Positions 10,783 through 20,135 of a stretch of DNA of 64,000 nt are shown here, piece after piece (position 1 is the stretch's first letter; every line of letters starts with the position of its first letter). The notes beneath the pieces were generated by a model. It was not told the origin of the DNA. It did not search any database and worked only from the letters and a program-made list of their open reading frames with translations. This DNA comes from Longimicrobiales bacterium (lineage in GTDB: Bacteria > Gemmatimonadota > Gemmatimonadetes > Longimicrobiales > Gaopeijiaceae): the NCBI GenBank assembly GCA_965116905.1, contig OZ220732.1, positions 1,600,001 through 1,664,000 on the forward strand, in the 5' to 3' direction. The position numbers and the translations under genes are program-made.

Positions 10783-11069
10783 AACTCCAGACCAAGCTCC
10801 TCCGCCAGGTCACGGATCGCCTCTCTTGCGGGTATTCCCGGCTCTCCAGCTCTGTGGGCTCGGATCGCCTCGCGCCAGATATGCCCGCGCTCGGCCGAAT
10901 GGACCAGGAAGTCGTAGCGCTCGGGACTCATGACCACCATGGCGGCCTGGCCATTCTGGGTGATCGTCTCCACCCGCCCCTCCCGAATCCGGCTCAGGTG
11001 CTCGCTCGTGCGTTGGCGAAAATCGCTCAGCGAATAGGTGTCTTGAGTGCGGTGCATGTCAGCCTCCAT
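10779..11069 (-). CDS. Phd/YefM family antitoxin
   Basis: YSLSDFRQRTSEHL, ITQNGQAAMVVMSPERY. Confidence 0.85.
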   Translation of the reverse strand: MEADMHRTQDTYSLSDFRQRTSEHLSRIREGRVETITQNGQAAMVVMSPERYDFLVHSAERGHIWREAIRAHRAGEPGIPAREAIRDLAEELGLEL

Positions 11070-11183
11070 ATGCTATTCGGACTCAATTCAGTATGGGTTG
11101 ACTGGCTTCGCCTGTCTAGTCTGGAGGCCCGCCAAAGAGCGACGGCGGCGAGACCTTGATCGAGTGCGCCACGGGCGACGAGT

Positions 11184-12029
11184 TCATCGAGCGCGTGCGG
11201 ATGGGTTGACCGGCCGCAGCTCCCCCAGCGGCACATAATAGCGGATGTACCGCCGTCCGTCGGACCAGAGTTCGCCCGTCGCATCGTTGACCAGCACGGT
11301 GGCGCGCTTCGTAACCCGGTTGACGCGCCCTTGCAGCCGCGTTCCCCGGTAGCGGAACGTCACTTGGGTGCCGACGCTGATTCCGAGGGTGGCGGCGCGC
11401 TCGGTGCGGGTGATCAGCTGGTGCGTGTGGGCTCGGTGGAGAAACAGTCGGGATGCGATGTCCTGGAAACGCGCCTGGCTGCAATGGCTCTCGCCCCAGC
11501 ACAACCACTCCGCGAGGTGGACGAGTTCGTGCTCGAACAACCGCTGCAACGCATCCAGCCGGTGGCGGCAGGGCAGACCGCAGACCGTAACCTCCGGATC
11601 GCCGGCCGCGAAGCCGTCAAAGAGGATGGAAGCGGCCACGGCGATCTCGAAGCGGGCGACGCCATCCGGGCCTTGCACGCGCGTCGTCTTCCCGCCCGCG
11701 CGCGTCATCCGATCGGAAAGGCGGAACGTCACCCCGTCCGGCCCGAGCAGTTTCCTGCAGAGCCCGTTCAGGAAACGTGCGTCGTAGGCGTCGAACAGAA
11801 ACGAGAGATCGTCGGGATGAAGGCTCGTGAAATCGGGTTCGCGGGCGTAGGGCGACGCGTGGAGGAGACGCTGCCCGATATCGCGCGTCCAACTCCGGCT
11901 CCGGGCCGCACCCGGATCGTGCGCCAGCAGAACGCGAGCGAGTGACTGCAACGCCTCGCTGCGATCCGCCGTCGATCGCAGCCGCGGTGACCCTTCGACC
12001 CGTCCGCGCTTCGAGCATGAGGTCCTCAT
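11184..12029 (-). CDS. SprT-like zinc metalloprotease domain protein
   Basis: RMTRAGG, HELVH zinc motif, C-terminal GRVNRVTKRATVLV. Confidence 0.75.
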   Translation of the reverse strand: MRTSCSKRGRVEGSPRLRSTADRSEALQSLARVLLAHDPGAARSRSWTRDIGQRLLHASPYAREPDFTSLHPDDLSFLFDAYDARFLNGLCRKLLGPDGVTFRLSDRMTRAGGKTTRVQGPDGVARFEIAVAASILFDGFAAGDPEVTVCGLPCRHRLDALQRLFEHELVHLAEWLCWGESHCSQARFQDIASRLFLHRAHTHQLITRTERAATLGISVGTQVTFRYRGTRLQGRVNRVTKRATVLVNDATGELWSDGRRYIRYYVPLGELRPVNPSARAR

Positions 12030-12156
12030 CCGAAGCTGTTTCGGTCGCCGAAGCGGGTGGTGGTCGCCATGGACGAATCTAGTCCCAATGGTCCCACTTG
12101 CTCAAAGTGCGGCACTGCCGCACATTCCGCGGTGCAAGAAGGAGGAACGGAACCGA

Positions 12157-12461
12157 TGACAACCGGACGAACGGATCTGGGACGCGAGGTGGAAGCGGCC
12201 CTTGGCGAAGTGCTCGCCCATGTGCGAGGAGAAAGGTCGCTCCCCTGCCGAATCGTCGATGATCCCGCTGCGGAGCATATCGTGGCAATCCGCAAGCGCA
12301 TGAAGCTCAGCCGCCAGAGATTCGCGGACCGGTTCGGTCTCGATGCGCGGGCGGTACAGGAGTGGGAACAGGGACGGCGCGTCCCGGACCGGGCGGCTCG
12401 GGTTCTGTTGACCGTCATCGACCGCGATCCCGACGCCGTGGTGCGGGCCCTGGCTGAATGA
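12157..12461 (+). CDS. HigA-like HTH (XRE) antitoxin, orphan
   Basis: IRKRMKLSRQRFA...VQEWEQGRRVPDRAARVLL; GGAGG RBS upstream; no toxin ORF adjacent. Confidence 0.8.
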
Positions 12462-12527
12462 TTTGTCGCTCATATCACGGCCAATATGATCGACAAAATG
12501 TCTTGCCGATCACGCATGATCACCAAA
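12462..12527 (-). repeat. 66-bp four-box element, copy A (inverted relative to B and C)
   Basis: TTTGTCGCTCA-14-TGATCGACAAA-4-CTTGCCGATCA-4-TGATCACCAAA. Confidence 0.8.
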
Positions 12528-12568
12528 ACAGGCAGTCCTGCCAACAGGGTGCAGGGAAGTGCTCCCTC

Positions 12569-13210
12569 TCAGGGGTCCCGGTTTGAGCGCCACCCGGCAT
12601 TGGACGCCCACGCATCGCGGGCGTCTGCGTACGCCTGGTAGTCTGCCGGAGGTCGCTCTCCCTCGGCGGTCGCCCGGCTCCGGGCAGCCTCGATCTGTTC
12701 CTCCAGCGGCGGGAGGCCAACGGCGTCGCGGCGTTCTGCAAGCCTCTGCGGGTCTTCCACTTCGCCGGGCGAGAGACTGCCGTCGGCGTCCCAATCGAAT
12801 TGCGTGCCGTAGCGTTGCGGGCGCCCCTCGAAGAATCGGATCCGGTCCTCCAGCATCGCGGCGTGCCTGGGATCCGCCTTCCCTTCTCGCGCCGCGGCCG
12901 TGAGGAGCGGCAGTGCGCGCCGGAGCAGGTCGGGCTCCGAGATCGCGTGCTGGAGTATCAGCCAGGCGGCCTCTGCTCCATCCGGACCGACCAGATCGGC
13001 ACCTGGCCATCCGACCGACTCGATGATGCCCCGAAGGCGCTTGGCGTTGCGTTGGTGGATCCGAGCCATCCGAGGCTCATAGCCGGTTTCGAAGAGGGCG
13101 CCCGAGGCTGCGAGTTCGGCCCGCGCCGACCGGTCCAGCCGTGCCATGTCCAGGAGATCGCGCCGCAGGGCCAGGGACCGGCTCGACGCGCTTCTCGGGG
13201 GGCCTCGCAA
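12569..13210 (-). CDS. DUF6624 domain protein
   Basis: GWPG..LVG..GAEAAWLILQH, LEDRI...GRPQRYGTQF. Confidence 0.8.
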   Translation of the reverse strand: MRGPPRSASSRSLALRRDLLDMARLDRSARAELAASGALFETGYEPRMARIHQRNAKRLRGIIESVGWPGADLVGPDGAEAAWLILQHAISEPDLLRRALPLLTAAAREGKADPRHAAMLEDRIRFFEGRPQRYGTQFDWDADGSLSPGEVEDPQRLAERRDAVGLPPLEEQIEAARSRATAEGERPPADYQAYADARDAWASNAGWRSNRDP

Positions 13211-13213
13211 AGC

Positions 13214-13450
13214 CTACCGGCTCTCTTCGGGCTCATCCCAGGTCTGGGCCCAGAACTCGTCCTCCTCGGCCCGCACTCGCTCCATATCCAGGGGGTCGAC
13301 GTCTTCCGCGTCTACGCGGCCGACAGTCTCGATCTGACGGACGACCTCATCCGTCACCCCGCTTCGGGCCTGACGACGCAGCCGATGTCGTACCCTCCAG
13401 CCGGCAACGGCCACGAGCGCCGCGAGCGCCACGAACAGGTATCCGGTCAC
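13214..13450 (-). CDS. Small single-TM hypothetical protein
   Basis: N-terminal hydrophobic helix, acidic tail EEDEFWAQTWDEPE. Confidence 0.65.
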   Translation of the reverse strand: MTGYLFVALAALVAVAGWRVRHRLRRQARSGVTDEVVRQIETVGRVDAEDVDPLDMERVRAEEDEFWAQTWDEPEESR

Positions 13451-13516
13451 TGGGCCTCACGACTCCTTGTTCGAGAAAGCTGCGGGTGGCCCGCCGGCCC
13501 TTTAACATAGGATCCC

Positions 13517-14827
13517 ATGAAGTTGATGTCCGTCGGAACCACCGGTCGCATCGCAGTCTTCGCTGTCACTGCGGCGGTGACGACCACCGCCTGCGGACCC
13601 TCCCCGCCAGGCGAGCTCGCATCGCCGAACCAGGTCGAGGACAGCGCCGGCGTCGTCATCGTCGAGAACGCCCGTCCAGCGCTGGATTCGCGCCTGGGCT
13701 GGGAGGTCAGCCCGGAGCCCAGCCTGTCGACCGGGACCGCGGAGGGCACCGATGACTTCCAGCTTCACCGGGTCGACGATGCGCTCAGGCTGAACGACGG
13801 GCGGATCGTAGTCGCCAACGGAGGATCTCATGAGCTCCTGGTCTTCGACGAGGCGGGCAACTACCTGACGGCGTGGGGACAGCGCGGCGAGGGTCCCGGC
13901 GACTTCGGCGGCTCACCGGGCCACGATGGTTTGAGTGCCGGTCTCTTGACGATGGGTCGTTGGCCGGGGGACTCGCTGGCCGTGTGTCACGGTGGACCGC
14001 CGGTGGGACCGAAGCACTTCATGTCCGTCCTGGACACGCGGGGACGCCATGGTCGCAGACTCGATCTGGCTCGCGACGAAGTTGTACCCATTTGTCGCGA
14101 TCTGCTGCCGGGCGGAGCAATCCTGGCCAGTCGCTCCCTCGGGCCATCCCCTCCCCACCCGCCCGAGGACCCGGAGAAGGGCCTCTACCGCCAGGAGTTG
14201 GAACTGTTCATCGTCTCGGGAGACGGCCTGTCTCACGTTTCGCTCGGTCCACACCCCGGCGCCGAGACCTTCTGGCACTGGGAAGACGCCATCTGGGACG
14301 GCACCGCATTCACGATCATGCAACCGCCATTCCAGAAGTCGCTGGTGTGGGCCGCCTGGGGCGAACTCGTCGTCGTCGCCGCCACGGAACGCTACGAACT
14401 CAAAGCCTACCGGCAGGACGGGTCACTGGCGCGGATCGTGCGGCGCCAAAACGACGCTCGAAGTCCCACGCAAGCCGACCTGGACGGCTACCGGGCGGCC
14501 GAAGCACCCGAGGGGGAGCTGACCAACTTCGCCCGCAACCGCCTGGCCGCCTGGAACGCCCTCCCACTCGCCGAATCCTTCCCGGCCATCTCCGCCATCG
14601 AGGTGGATCTTCTCGACAACCTCTGGGTCCGCGAACATAACCTCCCCGGCGAGGAAGGCCGGGCTCTCTGGACCGTTTTCGACCCCGACGGCCTCGCTGT
14701 CGGATTCGTCGAGACGCCTCCGGAACTGGTCATCTACGAGATCGGCGACGACTACATCCTGGGCATGGTCAGGGATGAGCTGGGGGTGGAGTACGTGCAG
14801 GTCTGGGGGTTGGGTCGGTCCGGTTAG
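13517..14827 (+). CDS. 6-bladed beta-propeller lipoprotein
   Basis: Lipobox TTAC; DSAGVVIVEN; GQRGEGPGDF; C-terminal DELGVEYV. Confidence 0.8.
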   Translation: MKLMSVGTTGRIAVFAVTAAVTTTACGPSPPGELASPNQVEDSAGVVIVENARPALDSRLGWEVSPEPSLSTGTAEGTDDFQLHRVDDALRLNDGRIVVANGGSHELLVFDEAGNYLTAWGQRGEGPGDFGGSPGHDGLSAGLLTMGRWPGDSLAVCHGGPPVGPKHFMSVLDTRGRHGRRLDLARDEVVPICRDLLPGGAILASRSLGPSPPHPPEDPEKGLYRQELELFIVSGDGLSHVSLGPHPGAETFWHWEDAIWDGTAFTIMQPPFQKSLVWAAWGELVVVAATERYELKAYRQDGSLARIVRRQNDARSPTQADLDGYRAAEAPEGELTNFARNRLAAWNALPLAESFPAISAIEVDLLDNLWVREHNLPGEEGRALWTVFDPDGLAVGFVETPPELVIYEIGDDYILGMVRDELGVEYVQVWGLGRSG

Positions 14828-14863
14828 TCGGCCATGTCCCAAGGCTTGCAGCGACCGTCACCC

Positions 14864-15247
14864 TCACCGACCGCGATGCCCTTCACGCGCCAGGCGGCGG
14901 ACCTCGTGCTTGTCGCGGCTGAGTGCAAGCCGCTGGTACAGGGAGCTGTTCAACTGTCCCTTGAGTTCTCGGACGCTCCAGCCGTTGTCGGCGGCCTCGA
15001 TCTCGTAGAAGCCGCGGGCGTCGGGGTCGGTTACCGACAGCAGGGTGACGTAGTGGGACCAGCCGAGGGTGAACCGTGCAAACAGCTCCTTGGACGCCGA
15101 CGGCAGCATCTCGGAAAGGCCCTGTCCCGATACCCGAGATTTCGCAGACGGTGTCTGCGGAATGTGTGCGGCAGCAGAAATCGGAGACACTGTCTGCGAT
15201 TTCCCGGCGTGCGGCATCGTCTCGTTGAATTGCAGAAAAAAGCGTTG
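14864..15247 (-). pseudogene. YhcG/DUF1016 N-terminal fragment, nuclease domain missing
   Basis: RFFLQF...LGWSHYVTLL...ARGFYEIEA...WSVRELKGQLNSSLYQRLALSRD; truncated at both ends. Confidence 0.8.
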
Positions 15248-15270
15248 TCGATAGTATCAATAATGCTATT

Positions 15271-15387
15271 ATGAAATGACGAACACTGCTGGCCGCACCC
15301 GACGAATTCCGTAGGAACCCAGCGGGCGTTCGCTACCAGGTGCGCCAGGTCATTCGGGCAGTCGAGAGACTGGAGGACATGCAGTGA
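15271..15387 (+). pseudogene. hicA: hicA toxin remnant (stop at codon 3, internal deletion)
   Basis: MK*RTLLAAPDEFRRNPAGVR joined directly to YQVRQVIRAVERLE; TGATG overlap with hicB. Confidence 0.65.
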
Positions 15388-15710
15388 TGGATCACTACAC
15401 CTACCGCATCACTTGGTCCGCCCAGGACGCGGAACATGTAGGCCTCTGCGCCGAGTTCCCGTCGTTGAGTTGGCTGGCGGCCAACCCGGCCGAAGCCCTG
15501 TCGGGCATCCAACGCCTCGTGGCCGACTGCGTGGACGACATGCGGACCAATGGCGAGCCAGTCCCGGAGCCGATGGCGGCCAGGGCCTACAGCGGGAAGT
15601 TCATGGTACGGGTGCCGCCGGAGACGCACCGTGCCCTGGCCATACGAGCGGCGGAGCAGGGAGTGAGCATGAATCGCCTGGTGAGTGCTCGGCTGGCGAG
15701 GGAAGGCTAG
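15387..15710 (+). CDS. hicB: HicB family antitoxin
   Basis: YTYRITWS, CAEFPSLSWLA, YSGKFMVRVPPETHRALAIRAAEQGVSMN. Confidence 0.9.
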   Translation: MDHYTYRITWSAQDAEHVGLCAEFPSLSWLAANPAEALSGIQRLVADCVDDMRTNGEPVPEPMAARAYSGKFMVRVPPETHRALAIRAAEQGVSMNRLVSARLAREG

Positions 15711-15910
15711 AGACGACCGCGACAACGAGGCGGGTGACGTAGTGAGGCGGGTGATGGTATGCTATCATAATGATCGCAAAATGATAGCGAATGTGTGGGC
15801 CAACCCCATCCTTCCCCCGCTGCCGGGCTCCGCAGCCCCGCTGATCCCTTACACGAGACGCCGGCAGCGAGGTACACGTCTCCCTCTCCTCCCAATCCCC
15901 TCCCCCCGCC

Positions 15911-17341
15911 TCAACCCACCTCTACCGCGCCAATCTCGCCCGCCGCCCGAACGCCGGACAGAAACGCCCCGTGCACAGTCGCCGGGTGGTCCGGATCCGT
16001 TGCCTCGCCCGCGAAGAACACCCTGTCGCCGATCGGCTCGCCCAGCGTCGCGTAGCGCGCGAACGAGGAACCGACGGGCACGTACGAATAGGATCCATGC
16101 GTCCACGGGTCGGAGCCCCAGCGCGTGACGAGCGCGTCCGTCGGCTGCGGCACGGTCCCGTACATGTCCGCGAGCGCCAGGGTGGCCTCGGCCACGATCT
16201 CCCGGTCGGTGAGGCTCTCGATCTCGGCGCCGTATGCGCCGGCGTTGAACATCATCAGGATCGGCTGGCCGGTGTACGGGTGAAGGCTGAGGGTCTCGGC
16301 CCATTGGCCCCTGTCCGCCCCTACGTACCCGATTGCCTCGACCCCCGGCTCCCAGAAGACGTCCTCGAACAGCAGGCAGGTCTTGTTGAGCACGCCCATC
16401 TTGAGGTCGGCGATCGCCCGGCGCTTGGCCGGCGGCAGCGGCGGCGAGAACGACACCAGCCCGTTCCTGAGGACGCCGAGGGGGAGCGTGACGACGACCC
16501 TGTCGGCCTCGAACCGTGCGCCCGCTGCCGTGGTCGCGAGGACGCGCGCTCCGCTGTGGTCGATCGCGGTCACGGCCTGCCCGAGCCTGACATCGAGACC
16601 GTCCGACAGCGCCTCGACGATCTGACCGTAGCCGCCCGGGAAGAGGACATCGCTGCCGCCGTACGCGCTGCCTCCGTCGACTCCTTCGAGCGAGAGGTCG
16701 GCCAGATCCGCGCCGTACTCGTGCTCGACGGTCGTGTTGAGCAGATGCTCCAGGTGCCGGCGCTGGGTGGTGGTGAGGGCGAGCGTTTCCACGTACTCGT
16801 CCAGGACGGATCGAAGGCTGGCGTGGGGTCGGGTCTCGGCAAGCGTCCAGAACCCGTCAAGGTCGGGGGTGTCGGAGGTGCGCGGGGCGCGGTCGTGGAA
16901 GTGCAGGACGGCGTTGTCCCAGTCGGTCGGGCGCGTCTCGATGCCGCTTTGGCGGGCGATGTCGGCGATCGGGTTCCCGCGGACGCCGTGAATCCACGAG
17001 GCACCGAGGTCGACGGGAACCGTGCCGCCGAGGGCTTCGGTCCAGATGCGCCCCCCGATTCGGTCGCGGGCCTCCAGGACGACGACGTTGCCGAACCCGC
17101 TGGCGCGAAGCTCGGACGCCGCGGCCAGGCCCGCGACTCCGGCGCCGATCACCAGGACGCGCTCGTCGGTGCGGGTGGGTGGGGGTGCGGTGCGGCGTTG
17201 GCGGGGCGACCGGTCGAAGGCGTCGCCACAGCCCGGCAGAGCCGAGATGGCGGGGCCCAGTCCCGCCGCGGCGAGTCCCGCCTTGATGAAGGTGCGACGT
17301 TCGATGATCGAGCCGCAGGTTCCCTGCTCGCTGGACTTCAT
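15911..17341 (-). CDS. Tat-exported flavin monoamine/polyamine oxidase
   Basis: RRTFIK Tat motif; IGAGVAGL, EARDRIGGR, GASWIHG, FAGEAT, TVHGAFLSG. Confidence 0.9.
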   Translation of the reverse strand: MKSSEQGTCGSIIERRTFIKAGLAAAGLGPAISALPGCGDAFDRSPRQRRTAPPPTRTDERVLVIGAGVAGLAAASELRASGFGNVVVLEARDRIGGRIWTEALGGTVPVDLGASWIHGVRGNPIADIARQSGIETRPTDWDNAVLHFHDRAPRTSDTPDLDGFWTLAETRPHASLRSVLDEYVETLALTTTQRRHLEHLLNTTVEHEYGADLADLSLEGVDGGSAYGGSDVLFPGGYGQIVEALSDGLDVRLGQAVTAIDHSGARVLATTAAGARFEADRVVVTLPLGVLRNGLVSFSPPLPPAKRRAIADLKMGVLNKTCLLFEDVFWEPGVEAIGYVGADRGQWAETLSLHPYTGQPILMMFNAGAYGAEIESLTDREIVAEATLALADMYGTVPQPTDALVTRWGSDPWTHGSYSYVPVGSSFARYATLGEPIGDRVFFAGEATDPDHPATVHGAFLSGVRAAGEIGAVEVG

Positions 17342-17613
17342 CTCTTCTCGGTCAACCGTCCTGCCAGAAACTTGTGGATGACGCTCGACAGCAGTGTCTG
17401 GTAAGGAATGCCCTCCTCGCGCGCCCGAGCGTGCGCTCGATTGAAGTCACGCTCCGTGACCCGCAGATTGACCCGCCGGGTCTTCTTGAATGTGTTGCGG
17501 GCCGCTTGAGGGGCGATCGCCATCTCGCGGTCAACGGCCGTTGCGGGCCGCAGTTCGTCCCGCTCGAACTTCTCGAGGATTTCCCGCTCTTCGGCGTTCA
17601 GTTGGTCTTTCAC
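17338..17613 (-). CDS. CopG/BrnA-like RHH antitoxin
   Basis: RVNLRV...AREEGIPYQTLLSSVIHKF; GTGA overlap with the toxin. Confidence 0.85.
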   Translation of the reverse strand: MKDQLNAEEREILEKFERDELRPATAVDREMAIAPQAARNTFKKTRRVNLRVTERDFNRAHARAREEGIPYQTLLSSVIHKFLAGRLTEKR

Positions 17614-17897
17614 GATGACTTCCTTTCTCTGTAGTCCCGCGTCGCCTTCCGACTGGGGATGATCGTCTTCAGGAACCGCGAACCGTCCGATCGCGTGACG
17701 AAGGGCACCAGGTAGATGTACTGCTCGATGTCGACCACGTAGATCATCTGTCCCCTGTACCGTTCCTGATTGGGGTGTTCGAGTACGTCTACCAACCCGC
17801 CCTGCTCGATCGCGGAGATGACTCGCTCGAACGAGATGCCGCGCTGCTCGACGAGTCGCTGATTCTTGTCCTCGTTCCAATCGAAACCGGATTCCAT
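17610..17897 (-). CDS. BrnT-like toxin
   Basis: FDWNEDKNQRLVEQRGISFE...FLKTIIPSRKAT. Confidence 0.85.
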   Translation of the reverse strand: MESGFDWNEDKNQRLVEQRGISFERVISAIEQGGLVDVLEHPNQERYRGQMIYVVDIEQYIYLVPFVTRSDGSRFLKTIIPSRKATRDYRERKSS

Positions 17898-17949
17898 ACC
17901 CCAATCAACATCCAATGTGTGCGTTTTGTCAACACATTTCGCGTACCTC

Positions 17950-18283
17950 GAAGGGGGACGGCCGGATCGCATACAGCTTCATCCGCTCCGAGCGAACCGA
18001 CCCCGACACCGGGCGCCTGGCCCCGTCGGCCTTCGACGCCACCCACACCCTCAACCTGGTTGTCAACCGTGGCGTCGGGGAGTGGCTGGATCTGGGCGTG
18101 GCCTACCGAGCGGCCACCGGCGTGCCCTTCACACCGATCACGGGCGCGGCGTTCGATGAGACGCGCGACTTGTGGCAACCCGTGCATGGCTCGGAGGCCG
18201 CACGCACGGCGTTCGAGCGCGCGCTGGAATTGGAGCCCGGGTACATGTGGGTACGTGACGTGTTGCTGCCGGGGCTGGGGTAG
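17950..18283 (+). pseudogene. Chimeric remnant: TonB-dependent receptor fragment joined to a TPR-protein tail
   Basis: AYSFIRSER...FDATHTLNLV...YRAATGVPFTP then AFERALELEPGYMWVRDVLLP; no plausible start. Confidence 0.5.
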
Positions 18284-18328
18284 CCGGTTTTCGGATGACT
18301 TGACCCTCCTTCCGTCGTCGACAGCAAT

Positions 18329-18370
18329 GTTGACAGTGTCAACGTCCCCTCTTAAGTTGACGGCGTCAAC
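18329..18370 (+). promoter_or_regulatory. Two palindromes GTTGAC-N3-GTCAAC, probable TetR operators overlapping a TTGACA -35
   Basis: 18329-18343 and 18356-18370; same motif at 20056-20070 next to tetR. Confidence 0.75.
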
Positions 18371-18409
18371 GCTGACCCCGGACCCACCAAGTCAGGAAGG
18401 AACCCCCCG

Positions 18410-19414
18410 ATGGCCGTCAACGAAAAGATCGCCAGCCGACTCCGATGCGCCTGGCGGGTTGCCACCGCCGCCCCGCTCGCGGCGGCCGCCCCCCTCGTCG
18501 CGCTGAGTGGGTTCGCAGCCCCTATGGCGGCGACTGCCCAGGATCGGGACGGCTTTTATCTGCGGGTCGATTTCGGGGACTCGGATGCGCTGACCATTCT
18601 GGGGAGCATGATGGGGGTCGATCCGCCGACGCGTTGTGACCGGCTGTTGCATCCCGACCCGGCGAATGTCCCGCGGGATCCGGCGTGCGCTGGGTCGGGA
18701 TCGGGCGTGTTCGCGACCGTGCGGTTTGATCGCGGCGCGGAAACCATGACCAGCGCCACCGCTCTTGCGCTGGGATACACCCGTGGCCGGATTCGGCTGG
18801 AAGCTGAACTGAGCAACACCGCGCTGGGTGGAACCTCGGCACCGCTGTTGGCCGCGGGCCGACTCGCGACGGAGGCCGCGCAGGAGTGGAGCACGATCGA
18901 ACCACCCTCTGCCAGGTTGTCCGGGCTCACTCTGTCGGACGTGTTCGTGAACGTGCACCTCGACTTCCACAATTCGTCGCGCTTTACGCCGTTCGTCGGT
19001 GCAGGAGGTGGCGGGTCCACGGTGGTGCTCGCCTTTGAGGCGCTGCGGGTACGACGAACCCTCGCCGACGGGTTTGCGCCTGCGGGCGGCGTGGACCCTG
19101 CGACGGACATCGTCATGCCCGCGTGGCAGTCGCGCGCGGCGGGCACGGCCGACTACACGTCATTCCTCATGGCCGAATCGACGCTCGGAGCGAATCTGAT
19201 CGGAGGGGTGGCGTTCCAGGCGAACGAGCGATTCAGCATCGCGCTGCGCGGGCGCTACGCACGTTACCGCGATGTCCGGAAGTCCGGGGAATGGGATTCA
19301 CTGCGAAGCCATGCGCCGGTGCTCGCGGACGGTCGGACGCCCGCAACTTTCGACCTGGTGCTCGGTGACATCGCGTTCTATGCGGTGGCCGTCTCGCTCG
19401 TGTACGGCTTCTAG
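18410..19414 (+). CDS. Outer-membrane beta-barrel protein (opacity/OmpA-TM-like)
   Basis: Signal peptide, GFYLRVDFG, RLEAEL, FTPFVGAGGG, terminal VYGF. Confidence 0.75.
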   Translation: MAVNEKIASRLRCAWRVATAAPLAAAAPLVALSGFAAPMAATAQDRDGFYLRVDFGDSDALTILGSMMGVDPPTRCDRLLHPDPANVPRDPACAGSGSGVFATVRFDRGAETMTSATALALGYTRGRIRLEAELSNTALGGTSAPLLAAGRLATEAAQEWSTIEPPSARLSGLTLSDVFVNVHLDFHNSSRFTPFVGAGGGGSTVVLAFEALRVRRTLADGFAPAGGVDPATDIVMPAWQSRAAGTADYTSFLMAESTLGANLIGGVAFQANERFSIALRGRYARYRDVRKSGEWDSLRSHAPVLADGRTPATFDLVLGDIAFYAVAVSLVYGF

Positions 19415-20019
19415 CGACCGGCACGCACGCCGTCGAGGAGCATCGCCGTGGTCTGTCGGATCAGCCCGTCGACATCCACGTCGGTAAGGATCTGCCCCTC
19501 GATCAGCAGCGACGCCAGACCGTGTACGGCACCCCATGCCACGTAGGCCTGCAGGTGGGGATCCTGTCCCTTGATCGCTCCGCTCCGCTGGTATGACTGG
19601 AAGACGCGCACGAGTTCGTCGAACAAACCGTTGGCGACCTCGCGGAGTTCGGGTTGGTCCTCGCGAGCGATCGCTTCCTTTCCGTACATGAGGCGATAGT
19701 GCCCCGGGTTTTCCAGCGCGAACCGCACGTACACCTCGCCGAACTGCCGGAGCCGCTCGATCCCTGCGCCCGGGGCTCCCGCGCCCACGGCCTCCAGCCG
19801 GTCTCGAAGGTGGCCGAAACCGGCGGTGGCGACCGCCACGAGGAGCGCGGACTTGTCTGCGAAGTGGCGATAGGCTGCGGACCGCGACACGCCCAGGCGC
19901 CGCCCGATCGCACGCATCGTCACGCTCGAGGTCCCGCCCTCGTCGATCATCGCAGCGGCTTCGGCGAGCAGGGCCGCCCGCAGGTCTCCGTGGTGATACG
20001 CGCCGCCGTCGAGGGTCAT
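19411..20019 (-). CDS. TetR/AcrR family regulator (WHG-type C-terminus)
   Basis: YHHGDLRAALL, LGVSRSAAYRHFADKSALL, WGAVHGLA. Confidence 0.92.
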   Translation of the reverse strand: MTLDGGAYHHGDLRAALLAEAAAMIDEGGTSSVTMRAIGRRLGVSRSAAYRHFADKSALLVAVATAGFGHLRDRLEAVGAGAPGAGIERLRQFGEVYVRFALENPGHYRLMYGKEAIAREDQPELREVANGLFDELVRVFQSYQRSGAIKGQDPHLQAYVAWGAVHGLASLLIEGQILTDVDVDGLIRQTTAMLLDGVRAGR

Positions 20020-20055
20020 GTCCCCAAAGTGACCGGTCCAGTGGTGATCAGCAAT

Positions 20056-20070
20056 GTTGACAACGTCAAC
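20056..20070. promoter_or_regulatory. Probable TetR operator GTTGACAACGTCAAC
   Basis: Palindrome between divergent tetR and the DUF5671 gene. Confidence 0.75.
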
Positions 20071-20135
20071 ACTATTCATTAAGTTAAACAGGTAAGCAGG
20101 ACGCGGAATCGACCACTCAAGGGAGAAAGAACCAG

